The notes beneath the pieces were generated by a model. It saw only the letters and a program-made list of their open reading frames with translations. It did not search any database and was not told the origin of the DNA. A DNA stretch of 64,000 nt from an uncultured delta proteobacterium (lineage in GTDB: Bacteria > Desulfobacterota > Binatia > UBA9968): the NCBI GenBank assembly GCA_963755715.1, contig CAVWLW010000001.1, positions 96,001 through 160,000 on the forward strand. The letters run 5' to 3'. Below are positions 1-10,258 of the stretch, piece by piece; position 1 is the first letter of the stretch; every line of letters begins with the position of its first letter. The position numbers and the translations under genes were made by a program.

Positions 1-2
1 GG

Positions 3-479
3 CTGCTCTTCTGGCTCATGGGCAGTCTATCGACCCGCGCTTATCTCACCGTCGCTTTCATCTGGGCATACATCAGCTTTGGTTTTCTCTGGCTGTGGGC
101 GAAAGGCCTTTCGCTGAACCTGATCACCCTTGGCGAAGAAGCAGCCATGCAATTGGGCGTTGAAACCGGCGCGCTGCAGCGCCAGATTTTCATTGCGTCG
201 TCGTTGATGATCGGCGCCATGGTTTCGGTCAGCGGCATGATCGGTTTCATCGGCCTGATGATCCCGCATGTCATGCGCTTGATCGTCGGCAGCGATCACC
301 GGCTGCTGCTGCCCGCATCGTTTCTCGCCGGCGGGATTTTCTTGTGTTGGGCGGATACTCTCGCCCGCGTTCTGCTCGCTCCCGCCGAGCTGCCGGTGGG
401 AATCATCACCGCATTCTTCGGTGGCCCATTCTTTTTATTCTTGCTTTACCGCGAAGGCAGAAAAGCCCTGACTTTATGA
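3..479 (+). CDS. FecCD/BtuC-family ABC transporter permease (C-terminal part; truncated by window edge)
   Basis: LGEEAAMQLGV, GMIGFIGLMIPH and ELPVGIITAFFGGPFF motifs. Confidence 0.92.
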   Translation: MLFWLMGSLSTRAYLTVAFIWAYISFGFLWLWAKGLSLNLITLGEEAAMQLGVETGALQRQIFIASSLMIGAMVSVSGMIGFIGLMIPHVMRLIVGSDHRLLLPASFLAGGIFLCWADTLARVLLAPAELPVGIITAFFGGPFFLFLLYREGRKALTL

Positions 480-1312
480 ATCCGGCAATCCAAACTCGCG
501 ATCTGTCATTCGCTTATCAAGACCGGTTAGTGCTTCACGACGTGTCACTGTCGGTCGATCGCGGTGAAATGATCGGCATCCTCGGTCCCAACGGCTCGGG
601 GAAAACAACCTTGCTCAAGATATTTTCGGCGGTGTTGCATGGGCAAGGCGCGGTCAAGATAAACGATAGGGACATCGAAACCTATGGCCGGCGGGACTTG
701 AGCAAACTTTTTGCCGTCGTAGCGCAAGAAAGCCGCGTGAATTTTCCTTACACCGTTGCCGAAGTCGTCTTAATGGGGCGAGCCAGTTATCACAGCGCCT
801 TCGCTCTCGAAGGAAAAAAAGACCTTGAGATCGCCCGGGCGAGCATGGAACTGACCGATTGCTTGCTCTTCGCCAATCGTTATCTCCACGAGTTGAGCGG
901 CGGCGAAAAACAACGTGTGATAATCGCGCGCGCCTTGGCGCAGGAGCCAGAGATACTTTTGCTCGACGAGCCCTCCGCCTTTCTCGATCTCAAACATCAG
1001 ATCCAGGTCTTCGAGCTTTTGTGCCGACTCAACCGCGAGCGCGGCCTGACCATCGTCGCCGCGTTGCACGATCTCAACCTCGCTTCGCTGTTCTTTCCCC
1101 GTTTAGTGATGCTAAGGGATGGGAAAATCTACCGCGACGGATCGCCGCAAGAAGTGCTGACCGAGGCGACCATCGAGGAAGTGTACGGCATTCGCGTTCG
1201 ATCGAACACGATCCCGTCAGCGAGAAACCGCAACTGTTCATTTGCCCATCTTTGTAGACCCAGACCTACGACCGATTCGCCTTTCGATATCCCAGCGCAT
1301 CCTGCGCGATGA
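476..1312 (+). CDS. Iron/cobalamin/heme ABC transporter ATP-binding protein (probable frameshift near 1200; true end may be 1257)
   Basis: Walker A GPNGSGKT, LSGGEKQR signature, LLLDEP; ATGA overlap with permease stop. Confidence 0.92.
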   Translation: MNPAIQTRDLSFAYQDRLVLHDVSLSVDRGEMIGILGPNGSGKTTLLKIFSAVLHGQGAVKINDRDIETYGRRDLSKLFAVVAQESRVNFPYTVAEVVLMGRASYHSAFALEGKKDLEIARASMELTDCLLFANRYLHELSGGEKQRVIIARALAQEPEILLLDEPSAFLDLKHQIQVFELLCRLNRERGLTIVAALHDLNLASLFFPRLVMLRDGKIYRDGSPQEVLTEATIEEVYGIRVRSNTIPSARNRNCSFAHLCRPRPTTDSPFDIPAHPAR

Positions 1313-2420
1313 TCATCTTCTGCACGTTCGAGGAGCCTTCGACGATCTGGTAGGACTTGGCGTCACGATAGTAACGCTCGACGGGAAATTCAGTGGAATA
1401 ACCGTACGCGCCGAGAATTTTCATCGCCGCGTCGGCAGCGAAGTTGGCGGCCTCCGCGGCGCTGTATTTGCCGATAGACGTTTCTAAATTGTTGGGTTGC
1501 TTCTGATCTGCGAGCCAGGCAGCGCGATAGACGAGCAGGCGCGCCGCTTCTTCGTGGGCGATCATCTGCGCGATCAGATCCTGATTCATCTGAAACTCGC
1601 CGATCTTCTGGCCAAATTGAACCCGCTGATTGCAATAACTCACCGCGGCCTCTTTGGAGGCGCGCGCAACTCCTAACGCGCCCGCGGCGCAATTGAGCCG
1701 GGTTTGATTGAGCTGCCACATGCAGATTTTGAAACCGTCGCCCTCGTTGCCGAGCCGGTTCGTCACGGGAATTGGAAAGTTGTCGAAGATCATTTCGCCG
1801 ATCGGCGAGCAATGCGCGCCCATGGTTTCGAGCGGCTTGCGGGTCAAACCCGGTCGATCCCAGTCCGCATAAAAAGCGCTCATGCCTCGATGTTTTTGCG
1901 ATCGGTCGGTGTAAGCGTAAACCAAGCCACCATGGGTCACCGGCGCATTGGAGATCCAGAGCTTGCTGCCGTTCAGCAAATAGCGTTCACCGTCCTTCGT
2001 CGCTGTCGTGCGCAGCGCCGCCACGTCGGAACCGGCGTCGGGCTCGGTGATCGCGAAGCAGCCGATTTTTTCACCGGCGACGAGCGGCGGTATAAATTTT
2101 TTCTTCTGCTCTTCGCTGCCAAATTGCAGCAGCGTGAGTGCCGGACCGATTTGCATGTTGATGGCAACCCGCATGGCGCTGTGGGCGCGCGCAATCTCTT
2201 CGGTGACCAGCACCATGGCGAGAAAGCCGAGACCGTTGCCGCCGTACGTTTCCGGAATCATCGTGCCGTAAAAACCCAGCTCGCCCATCTTTTTTATCAG
2301 GTCAGGACGAAAATTCTTTTCTTTATCATCCTTGGCGGCGCTCGGCGCGATCTCCTTCTCGGCAAATTCGCGCGCCAGGTCGCGCACTGCGATGAGCTCT
2401 TCCGATAATGCAAAATCCAT
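1266..2420 (-). CDS. Acyl-CoA dehydrogenase, resembling non-decarboxylating glutaryl-CoA dehydrogenase
   Basis: CFAITEPDAGSD, YGYSTEFPVERYYRDAK, YQIVEGSSN and C-terminal LGYRKANR. Confidence 0.85.
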   Translation of the reverse strand: MDFALSEELIAVRDLAREFAEKEIAPSAAKDDKEKNFRPDLIKKMGELGFYGTMIPETYGGNGLGFLAMVLVTEEIARAHSAMRVAINMQIGPALTLLQFGSEEQKKKFIPPLVAGEKIGCFAITEPDAGSDVAALRTTATKDGERYLLNGSKLWISNAPVTHGGLVYAYTDRSQKHRGMSAFYADWDRPGLTRKPLETMGAHCSPIGEMIFDNFPIPVTNRLGNEGDGFKICMWQLNQTRLNCAAGALGVARASKEAAVSYCNQRVQFGQKIGEFQMNQDLIAQMIAHEEAARLLVYRAAWLADQKQPNNLETSIGKYSAAEAANFAADAAMKILGAYGYSTEFPVERYYRDAKSYQIVEGSSNVQKMIIAQDALGYRKANRS

Positions 2421-2432
2421 TGTGCCTCCAAA

Positions 2433-2508
2433 AATAGGCAATAGGCACGCGGCAACAGGCAATAGTCCCCACTCCCCAACTTTTGCCTATTGCCTATTGC
2501 CTGTTGCC
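2433..2508. repeat. Inverted arrays of heptamer GGCAA(T/C)A forming a hairpin between the two ACAD genes
   Basis: aataggcaataggca..ggcaacaggcaatag followed by ttgcctattgcctattgcctgttgcc. Confidence 0.75.
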
Positions 2509-3645
2509 TTGAGTAGTTCTCGCGCAATGATAAGCTTCTGGATCTCCGAAGTGCCTTCATAGATCCGCAACGCGCGCACGTCGCGATATAGCCTTTCCAT
2601 AATGCTGCCTGCGATCAAGCCATTGCCGCCGTGGATCTGCAGTGCCTGATCGACGATGCGCTGCGCCGCTTCCGTGGCGTAGAATTTGGCCATGGACGAT
2701 TTCCGTTTGGCGTCATCGTCCGCACAATCGTGCGCCCAGGCGGCTTGGTAGACGAGCAAACGCGAGGCTTCGAGCTCCGTCGCCATTTCCGCGAGCTTGA
2801 ACTCGATACCTTGAAACTCAGCGATCGGCCGGCCGAACTGCCGGCGGGTTTTGCTGTACTGAACCGCTTCGTCCAAAGCTCTCTGCGCCAAGCCGACCGC
2901 GGCGGCGCCGACGCTGCACCTCAGGAGATCGAGAGTCGCAAAGGCGATTTTCAGTCCTTCGCCCTCTTTGCCGAGCAGCGCGTCTTCACCCACGACGCAG
3001 TCGGCAAATTCGATCACGCCGATCGGATGCGGCGCGAGCACCTCAGTTTTTTCTTTGATGAGCAGTCCCGGCGTATTGGCCGTAAGCAAAAAAGCGCTGA
3101 TGCCTTTGGCTTTTTTTTCCGGCGCGGTGGCGGCGAAAACGACGTAGTTGTCGGCGATGCCCGCGTTCGAGATGAACCGCTTCGTGCCCGTCAAGCGGAA
3201 TTCATTTCCGTGGCGCTCCGCGCGAGTTTGCAGGGACGCCACGTCAGATCCAGCGTCAGGCTCGGTAATAGCGAAGGCTGCAATACATTCGCCTCGTGCG
3301 ATCGCTGGTAGGAGACGGCTTTTTTGCTCGCCATTGCCGGCAAGTGAGATCGGGTAGCTGCCCAGAGCCTGCATCGCAAACATGGTGTCGCTCAACGCAT
3401 CGCCGCGCGCCAGCTCTTCGCGCAAAATGCACAAGTCGCGGGCCTGGACTGTAGCGCGAATGCCGCCGAATTCTTCAGACACCGTGTACTTAAGAAATCC
3501 GCCAGCGCCAAGCTCGCGCACCAAGGCGATAGCGCGTTCCTCCAAAATTGCCGTGGTGCCGGCTAAATGAAAGGCCCTTCTCGTCGACCCAACGCCGCGT
3601 GCGCTCGCGCAAAATTAAATGATCCGGTTTGAAGAACGGCAACAT
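2487..3645 (-). CDS. Acyl-CoA dehydrogenase (frameshift near 3560)
   Basis: AFAITEPDAGSD, ERLYRDVRALRIYEGTSE; N-terminus MLPFFKPDH lies in a second frame. Confidence 0.88.
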
Positions 3646-3679
3646 GCAATCTTGATCCGGGAATTTTGAATTCGCCATG

Positions 3680-4459
3680 CTAAACCATTACCGCGCCGCC
3701 ATCGACGTTCACGGCTTGGCCGGTCATGGCGCTGAGTTTTTCCGAGGCGATCAGGACGGCGAGCGAGGCCACTTCAGCGGGAGCGATCAAGCGATTCTGC
3801 GGTGCGCTGGCGGCGAACAGATTAAGAATCTCCGCCGCGCTCTTGTCGGTTTTTCCAGCCATGATTCTTGCGTTCTCGCGGGTGCGCTCGTCGTCAACGT
3901 AGCCGGGACAAATCGCATTAACAGTGATTCCCTGCCGCGCCGTTTCCAACGCCAGCGATCGGGTCAACCCGAGCAGCCCATGTTTCGACGCGGTATAAGC
4001 CGTCACGTAGGGATAGCCGACTTTCGCGGTGGTCGATGCGATATTGATGATGCGGCCCCATTTGGATTGAATCATCCCCGGCAAAAAAACCTTGCAGCAA
4101 TTGTAGGCGCCCGTCAGGTTTGTTTCCAGAGTCTCATCCCAGAGGTCGTCGGCCATGTCGAGAAAGCGCGCGGCGCGCGCGATGCCGGCGTTGTTGATCA
4201 GAATCTGCGCGGCACCCCAAGCGGCGATAATTCTACCGGCGAGTGCTTGCACCTGGTCTCGGCGGGCAACGTCACACGCCAAGGCGAGCACTTGGCCGCC
4301 TTCCCGGGCAATTCTTGCCGCGCTCACATCGAGCTTATCCTGATCACGAGCGGTGAGAACGACACGGCAATCCTCCGCCGCGAAAGCTTCTGCGAAAGCC
4401 GCACCCAAGCCGCCGCTGCCACCGGTAATGATAACAATTTTCCCCGCCAAGCCGGCCAT
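3680..4459 (-). CDS. Short-chain dehydrogenase/reductase (3-hydroxybutyrate/3-hydroxyacyl-CoA dehydrogenase-like)
   Basis: TGGSGGLG, NNAG, YTASK, NAICPG. Confidence 0.9.
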   Translation of the reverse strand: MAGLAGKIVIITGGSGGLGAAFAEAFAAEDCRVVLTARDQDKLDVSAARIAREGGQVLALACDVARRDQVQALAGRIIAAWGAAQILINNAGIARAARFLDMADDLWDETLETNLTGAYNCCKVFLPGMIQSKWGRIINIASTTAKVGYPYVTAYTASKHGLLGLTRSLALETARQGITVNAICPGYVDDERTRENARIMAGKTDKSAAEILNLFAASAPQNRLIAPAEVASLAVLIASEKLSAMTGQAVNVDGGAVMV

Positions 4460-4575
4460 ACCCACCGAGAATAACACATCCCTCAGCTTCAAGCGCAATC
4501 GGTAATTCTGCGGCGCTTGTCCTCGGAAAAGTTTTTCGATAAAGGAAACGCAGTCAAGTTACCGGAGGCTAAGCC

Positions 4576-5646
4576 GTGATGCGCTCGATCATCTTTGTCA
4601 TTATTCTTTTTGCGGTCTCGTCATCCCTGGCGTCGGCCCAACTCAAGCCGAGTTCAACCTCGCCTTTTACCTGGCGCGAAGCCCAGGCGTCAGAAGATTC
4701 GGAGCTGGATCGGTTAAATCGCGCGTTCGTTCAGTTGGCCGACCATGCTCGTCCCGCGATCGTACAGATCCGCGTGACCACGCAGGACGCAAAAGGCAAC
4801 CCGGCGCCGCCTCTCGGCAGTCGCGGCTCCGGCTTCATCATCGACGCGCACGGTTACATCTTGACCGCTCAGCACGTGGTCGAAAAATCCAAAGAGATTG
4901 AAATCCGGCTCGCCGACTCACAACGGCTGCCGGCGCAGGTCATCGCCACAGATAGCCAGATCGACGTGGCCATTCTCAAAATCACCACCGAGCGAGAGTT
5001 GCCGACTTTGGCGTTCGGCAATTCCGATACGATTCACGTTGGCGATCTGGCCGTCGTCTTCGGTTATCCCTTCGGTCGCGAAAGCTCGATGAACTTGGGA
5101 ATTGTCAGCCGTTCGGGGCGAAGTTATCCCGATTCGGCGAGTTATGATTTTATTCAAACCGATGCCGGCGCCTACCCCGGCGGCAGCGGCGGCCCGCTGC
5201 TGAATAGCAAAGGGCACGTGATCGGCATGATCACGATGGCGGCAGAACGGGGCAATATGGGATTCGCCACGCCGATCAACGCCATCAAGCGGATCCTGCC
5301 TCGTTTGGTGAAAGGAGAGAAATTTACCTGGGGCTGGCTCGGGGTCCAGATGTCGGATATCTCGCTCGAACAGGCAAAGATACTCGGACTTCATCCCGTG
5401 AAAGGGGTAGTGGTCAGTTCCGTGCTGCCGGGACAGCCCGCCGCGCGCGGCGGCATTCAAAAACAGGACGTGATTTTGTCGGTCAACGAAACCCAAGTCG
5501 ATAGCCCGCGCGATGTCTCGCGCATGATCGGCGGCTTAGAAGCCGGCCGAGTCGTCCATTTGACCATCCTGCGCAAGGGTAAATCCATGCAGCTTTCCGT
5601 TCCGCTGGGTATTCGCCCCGAATCGACCAAGGCGCGCGAGGGTTGA
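4576..5646 (+). CDS. HtrA/DegS-like serine protease with one PDZ domain
   Basis: Signal peptide, GSGFII, TAQHVV, IQTDA..PGGSGGPL, WLGV PDZ start. Confidence 0.88.
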   Translation: MMRSIIFVIILFAVSSSLASAQLKPSSTSPFTWREAQASEDSELDRLNRAFVQLADHARPAIVQIRVTTQDAKGNPAPPLGSRGSGFIIDAHGYILTAQHVVEKSKEIEIRLADSQRLPAQVIATDSQIDVAILKITTERELPTLAFGNSDTIHVGDLAVVFGYPFGRESSMNLGIVSRSGRSYPDSASYDFIQTDAGAYPGGSGGPLLNSKGHVIGMITMAAERGNMGFATPINAIKRILPRLVKGEKFTWGWLGVQMSDISLEQAKILGLHPVKGVVVSSVLPGQPAARGGIQKQDVILSVNETQVDSPRDVSRMIGGLEAGRVVHLTILRKGKSMQLSVPLGIRPESTKAREG

Positions 5647-5655
5647 TTTTTACTT

Positions 5656-8109
5656 CTATTGGGCCGTGTCCGCTGATTTCTCGCCGCCCGATGCCGCCAT
5701 GTGTTTTTGCTGTTCGGTGAATTGCTGCAATTTTTTCTGCACCCGCTCGTTGACCGTTCCCTCGACATAATTACCCGCCGAGTCGCGCGCCCCGGCGGGC
5801 ACGCCGGTCAACACTTCAATGCCTTCATCGATGGTGCCGACCGCGTAGATATGAAACTTATTCGCTTTAACCGCGTCGACCACGTCCGGTCGCAACATCA
5901 AATGGCGCAGGTTGGCGCGCGGAATCATCACGCCTTGGGCGCCCGTCAGTCCTTTCAGCCGGCACACGTCATAATGACCTTCGATTTTTTGATTGACGCC
6001 GCCGATCGCCTGAACCTCGCCGTTTTGATTGACCGAGCCGGTGACGGCGATGCCTTGTTGGATGGGGATTTCCGATAAGCTCGACAGGAGTGCGTAAAGC
6101 TCGGTAGATGACGCGCTGTCGCCGTCGACGCCGTCGTAGGATTGCTCGAAACAAACCGTGCTCGATAACGAGAGCGGCGTCTGCTGCGCATATTTACCGC
6201 CCAAGTAGCCGCCGAGAATCAGCACGCCCTTGTCGTGGCTCTTGCCGCTCATCTTCGATTCGCGCTCGATATTGACGATGCCGCCGCGCCCCATAAAAGT
6301 CTTGGCGGTGATGCGCGACGGCTTGCCGAAGCTGAAATCGCCCATTTGATAAACGGCCAGTCCGTTGACCTGGCCGATCGCCGCGCCCTCGACGTCGACC
6401 AGAATGGTTCCCTCGGTGATCAACTCTTGGAGACGCTTCTCGATCAAATTGAGACGAAAGTTTTTTTCGACGATCGCGCGCTCGACGTGCTTTCCGGAAA
6501 CCAGTTCGGCCTGATCTTTTCCTGCCCAATAATTCGACTCGATCAGCAGATCGACCATATCGCTGAAGCGGGTCGAAAGCTTGTTCTGATCCTCGATCTG
6601 TCGAGCCGCTTGTTCGATGACACGCGCTACGGCTTCGGAATCTAAGTGGCGCAAGCCCTCGCGGTTACAATAATCGCTGATGAAGCAGGCGAACGCCGTG
6701 ATATTTTCTTGCGTGCGATCGACTTCGAAATTGAAATCGGCCTTCACTTTAAATGTCTCGCGGAAATCCGGATCGGCGGCGGCCAAGCTTCGATACAACG
6801 TCGGGTCGCCGATCATGATAATTTTGGTATCGGTCGGAATCGGCTCGGGGCGCAGCCCCTGGGGCGGCACAAAGCCGAAAAACGCGCTCGGCTCCTCGAT
6901 CCTGAGCTCGCGGTTTTTTATCACGCGCTGTAGCGCCTCCCAGACTCCCGCGTTCGACAACACGTCGCGGTCGTAGAGGACCAAATAACCGCCGTTGGCC
7001 TTGCTGATCGAACCGGCCTTGATCATCGTGAAATCGGTCACGTAACCGCCGACCATAGGTTTCTTTTCAATGACGCCGAACACGTTGTGATAAGTCGGAT
7101 TGGTTTCAACGATGATCGGCGGGCCGTGAGTGTCGCTGTTGTCGACGAATACGTTGATTCGATAGGGCAAAAACGGATCGGTGGGCGGCTCACCGAATTG
7201 CATCGGTCCCAGCGCCGCCGCACTGGGCGCGCCCTCGGCGCCTTTGAAGCGTCCGAGATTTTTGAGAATATGATCGCGCACACCGTCGAGATAGGCGACG
7301 ACTTTGGGATATTCGCGGTATTTTTCTTTGAGATCGGCAAGCGGCATGCGCACGAGATAGTCCGCCGCCCGGGTTTCCGCTTCTTCGAGCTTCTCGCCGA
7401 TCTCCCGTTCGAGTTTTCTTCCTTCGCGCATCGCATCTTCGACTTTTTTTTCGATCTCGCCGCGCGTTTCCTCCAGCCGTTTCTTTTCCGCCGTCGGCAA
7501 AGCGAGATAGTCCGCCTCCTGCATCGGCTTGCCGTCCTTCGTCGGCAGCAGCACGATGCCCGATGGCGTCATGCGCAAAGTAAATCCACCCCTGTTGGCT
7601 TCCTCGATCAGCCCTTCCATCGTCTGCTGTTGTTTTTTCTGGATTTGCTCGACCATTTCCTGGCGTTGATGCGCGTATTCATCGCTCTCGAACATTTTTT
7701 TGGCTTCGCGCTGCACGCTTTGGACGAATTGTTCCATATCGGCTTTGAGCACTTTCCCCCAACCTCGACGGATTCTCAGCGCCAGCGGCCGATCGGCATC
7801 GGTAAAATTGTACACGTAACACCAATCTTCAGGCACCGGCGAATCAGCCACGGAAACCATTTGCCGGTTGGTAATTTTCTTGAGAAAGGCTTTGATGATA
7901 CTGGTTTTGCCGGTGCCGGTAAGTCCGGTGACAAAAATATTGAAACCGGGCTTGTTCACGCCCAGACCGAATTCGATCGCGCGGATCGCGCGGTCCTGGC
8001 CGATAAAATCTTCCAGCGGCGTCATCTCCGCGGTACAGCTGTACGGCAGAAAAGACAAATCGCAGCGCCAGGCGAGTTTCTCTGCTGGAACTTCGAAGCG
8101 TGTGGACAT
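5656..8109 (-). CDS. Lon-like (LonC/AAA_32-type) protease
   Basis: IGQDRA, GLTGTGKT, long coiled coil, GQVNGL, VDGDSAS (Ser), GGVNQKIEG (Lys). Confidence 0.9.
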   Translation of the reverse strand: MSTRFEVPAEKLAWRCDLSFLPYSCTAEMTPLEDFIGQDRAIRAIEFGLGVNKPGFNIFVTGLTGTGKTSIIKAFLKKITNRQMVSVADSPVPEDWCYVYNFTDADRPLALRIRRGWGKVLKADMEQFVQSVQREAKKMFESDEYAHQRQEMVEQIQKKQQQTMEGLIEEANRGGFTLRMTPSGIVLLPTKDGKPMQEADYLALPTAEKKRLEETRGEIEKKVEDAMREGRKLEREIGEKLEEAETRAADYLVRMPLADLKEKYREYPKVVAYLDGVRDHILKNLGRFKGAEGAPSAAALGPMQFGEPPTDPFLPYRINVFVDNSDTHGPPIIVETNPTYHNVFGVIEKKPMVGGYVTDFTMIKAGSISKANGGYLVLYDRDVLSNAGVWEALQRVIKNRELRIEEPSAFFGFVPPQGLRPEPIPTDTKIIMIGDPTLYRSLAAADPDFRETFKVKADFNFEVDRTQENITAFACFISDYCNREGLRHLDSEAVARVIEQAARQIEDQNKLSTRFSDMVDLLIESNYWAGKDQAELVSGKHVERAIVEKNFRLNLIEKRLQELITEGTILVDVEGAAIGQVNGLAVYQMGDFSFGKPSRITAKTFMGRGGIVNIERESKMSGKSHDKGVLILGGYLGGKYAQQTPLSLSSTVCFEQSYDGVDGDSASSTELYALLSSLSEIPIQQGIAVTGSVNQNGEVQAIGGVNQKIEGHYDVCRLKGLTGAQGVMIPRANLRHLMLRPDVVDAVKANKFHIYAVGTIDEGIEVLTGVPAGARDSAGNYVEGTVNERVQKKLQQFTEQQKHMAASGGEKSADTAQ

Positions 8110-8213
8110 GATGAGCTCCTTGGAGTCGTAATCGAGTCGAGAATAGGGACTCGGTCGGCGCTCGTCAACTGCTTGCCATTGCTACGGCCGAGCATAATTC
8201 CTATAATCCGTCG

Positions 8214-9635
8214 ATGATTGGCCAAGGCGTCACGCGCCGGCCATGGCACGGCCATTGTGCATGGTTGCTTTCAGTCGCTCTACTGCTCAGCAGTTGCAGT
8301 TCCGGGTTGGCCCCGGTTATTCCTTCAGTCAGTCCGCCAAGTGAAGACGAAGAGAGCAAAATCAGCCGCGAGTTTCGCCGCGAAGCAAAAAAATTTTTGA
8401 AATTCCCTAGCAATCCGGAAGTCGAGCGTTACATCGATCGCATTGGCCGGCGCATCCTTGCCGCCACCGGACCGCTGTCGTTTGACTATCGATTCTTTGT
8501 CGTCGAAGACGACCAGCTCAACGCATTTTCCGTTCCCGGCGGATCGATCTACGTATACACCGGACTGATCGAACGGGCGAAGAGCACGGATGAACTAGCC
8601 GGAGTATTGGGACACGAAATAACGCATGCCAAAGGGCACCACATGGCACGCTCGTCGGGGCCCGACGCAATTTCGATTCTGAGCCTGCTGGCGATGGTAG
8701 CGCTGGCAAGAAGTGGCAGCGGTGGGCAAGCAGCAGGCATAGTCGGGCAAGCCGTCTCGGCGACGCGCCAGTTGGCCTTCAGTCGCCAACTCGAAATGGA
8801 AGCCGATACCCTGGGGACACGATACATGGCGGCGGCCGGTTACGATCCGAAAGGGACGATCGCGTTTCTTAAAATGCTGGACCAAGAACGGGCGCTGAAC
8901 CCGATCGACGTTCCGGCCTATGTTATGAGTCATCCGATTACCCAGGAACGAGTCGCTAACGCCGAACTGGTGGTCAAATCACTGACACCGCGCGAATTGC
9001 GTTCCGAAAGTCCTGAGGCGTTGAAGAAAGTCCAGATCGTGATCCGCATGGATCGCCCTGGCCGCGAGGCTGTGGTGAACGAGTATGAAAAGCTGGTGCA
9101 AAAAAATCCGCAGGATGCCCAACTCCGCCATCTCTTAGGATTTGCCGAACAGCTGCAAGGGCAGTTGCCACAGGCGCGGCAAAATTATGAAAAGTCCCGG
9201 CAACTGCAGCCTGAGAATCCAGGCTTGGAACGTGACTTGGGCCGTTTGTATGGCGAAATCGGCGACTTTAACGAGTCGCGAAATGCTTTTGACCGTGCTC
9301 TAGCGCTCGAGCCCAACGAATCTCTGACCTACCTTTACTTAGGAGATATGCTGGAAAAATCAGGGGATTTGCGCGGCGCCGCCGGCGCTTTTCTGAACGC
9401 GCAAAACCTTGCGCCGTTCTGGGACCGACCGCCGAATCGGCTCGGTATGGTGTATGGAAAACTCGATCGGCCGGGGGATGGTTATTATTACATCGGCCGA
9501 TCGTTTATGCTCCAGGACGAAGATGAAAAAGCAATCTCCAGCCTTGAGCGAGCAGTCAAAATCATCGGCGCCGATACGCCGCGCGGCAAAATCATTCAGG
9601 ATGAGCTAAATAACTTAAAAACCAGAAGAAGATAG
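8214..9635 (+). CDS. M48 metalloprotease with TPR repeats (BepA/YfgC-like), probable lipoprotein
   Basis: LLLSSC lipobox-like, NAFSVPGG, HEITH, EMEAD, SHP, C-terminal TPRs. Confidence 0.88.
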   Translation: MIGQGVTRRPWHGHCAWLLSVALLLSSCSSGLAPVIPSVSPPSEDEESKISREFRREAKKFLKFPSNPEVERYIDRIGRRILAATGPLSFDYRFFVVEDDQLNAFSVPGGSIYVYTGLIERAKSTDELAGVLGHEITHAKGHHMARSSGPDAISILSLLAMVALARSGSGGQAAGIVGQAVSATRQLAFSRQLEMEADTLGTRYMAAAGYDPKGTIAFLKMLDQERALNPIDVPAYVMSHPITQERVANAELVVKSLTPRELRSESPEALKKVQIVIRMDRPGREAVVNEYEKLVQKNPQDAQLRHLLGFAEQLQGQLPQARQNYEKSRQLQPENPGLERDLGRLYGEIGDFNESRNAFDRALALEPNESLTYLYLGDMLEKSGDLRGAAGAFLNAQNLAPFWDRPPNRLGMVYGKLDRPGDGYYYIGRSFMLQDEDEKAISSLERAVKIIGADTPRGKIIQDELNNLKTRRR

Positions 9636-9636
9636 G

Positions 9637-10011
9637 CTACGGCTGCCCGCCCATAGCAGCCAGGGAAAACACTCTCTGGCCGAGCGGCTTGACGTATTTA
9701 TTTTCTCGCTTAAGCAGCACATCGCGCAGGTATTGCGGGTCAAAGCCCAATAAATCGCAGATGTTGGTAAAGGAAAATAGCCAATCGGTACCGTTATCCA
9801 TCACCCATTCAATCGCGTTTTCATAATTGCTCCGCGCTACACTGTTCCTCGACCCGCGGTATTTTTCCAAACATTCGACCGCATCCTTTAAAACCGCGAT
9901 CATGAGGCGTTTTTCACCTTCCAGTTTACGTGACAAACCTCCCGAACCGTAAAACTGCGAAGGTAAAAAAATATCGGGTTCAAGAATCCTTGCTAAAAAA
10001 TCATCGTACAT
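9637..10011 (-). CDS. Uncharacterised small helical protein (paralog of 18480..18935)
   Basis: GAGGAG RBS; shares PDI..Q, E..LM.AVL.DAV.C and FSF.NIC..LG.D..Y.R with the second copy. Confidence 0.8.
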   Translation of the reverse strand: MYDDFLARILEPDIFLPSQFYGSGGLSRKLEGEKRLMIAVLKDAVECLEKYRGSRNSVARSNYENAIEWVMDNGTDWLFSFTNICDLLGFDPQYLRDVLLKRENKYVKPLGQRVFSLAAMGGQP

Positions 10012-10044
10012 TGCAACCAGTCTCCTCGTTAATTTGAAACGCAT

Positions 10045-10073
10045 TCTATAACATACACGCTAATAGCGTGCAA
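10045..10073 (-). promoter_or_regulatory. Sigma70-like promoter overlapped by a perfect palindrome (candidate operator)
   Basis: Minus strand TTGCAC-17-TATAGA; CACGCTA-A-TAGCGTG at 10056-10070. Confidence 0.5.
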
Positions 10074-10258
10074 GAATAAAATCCACCCAACCTGTGGTGT
10101 AAGAGAATTCCTATCTAGCCAGCAAATTTAGCTACTTAACGACCTGTTGATAAAATCCCTACCGTGAGCTGGATCGGAAGAATAGGCGTGGCCCGAAGAA
10201 GCCTCAAAGCCAGCAGGCCGAGATCCATTTGGTAGAGGTAGTTAAGGAAGCTCTATGG

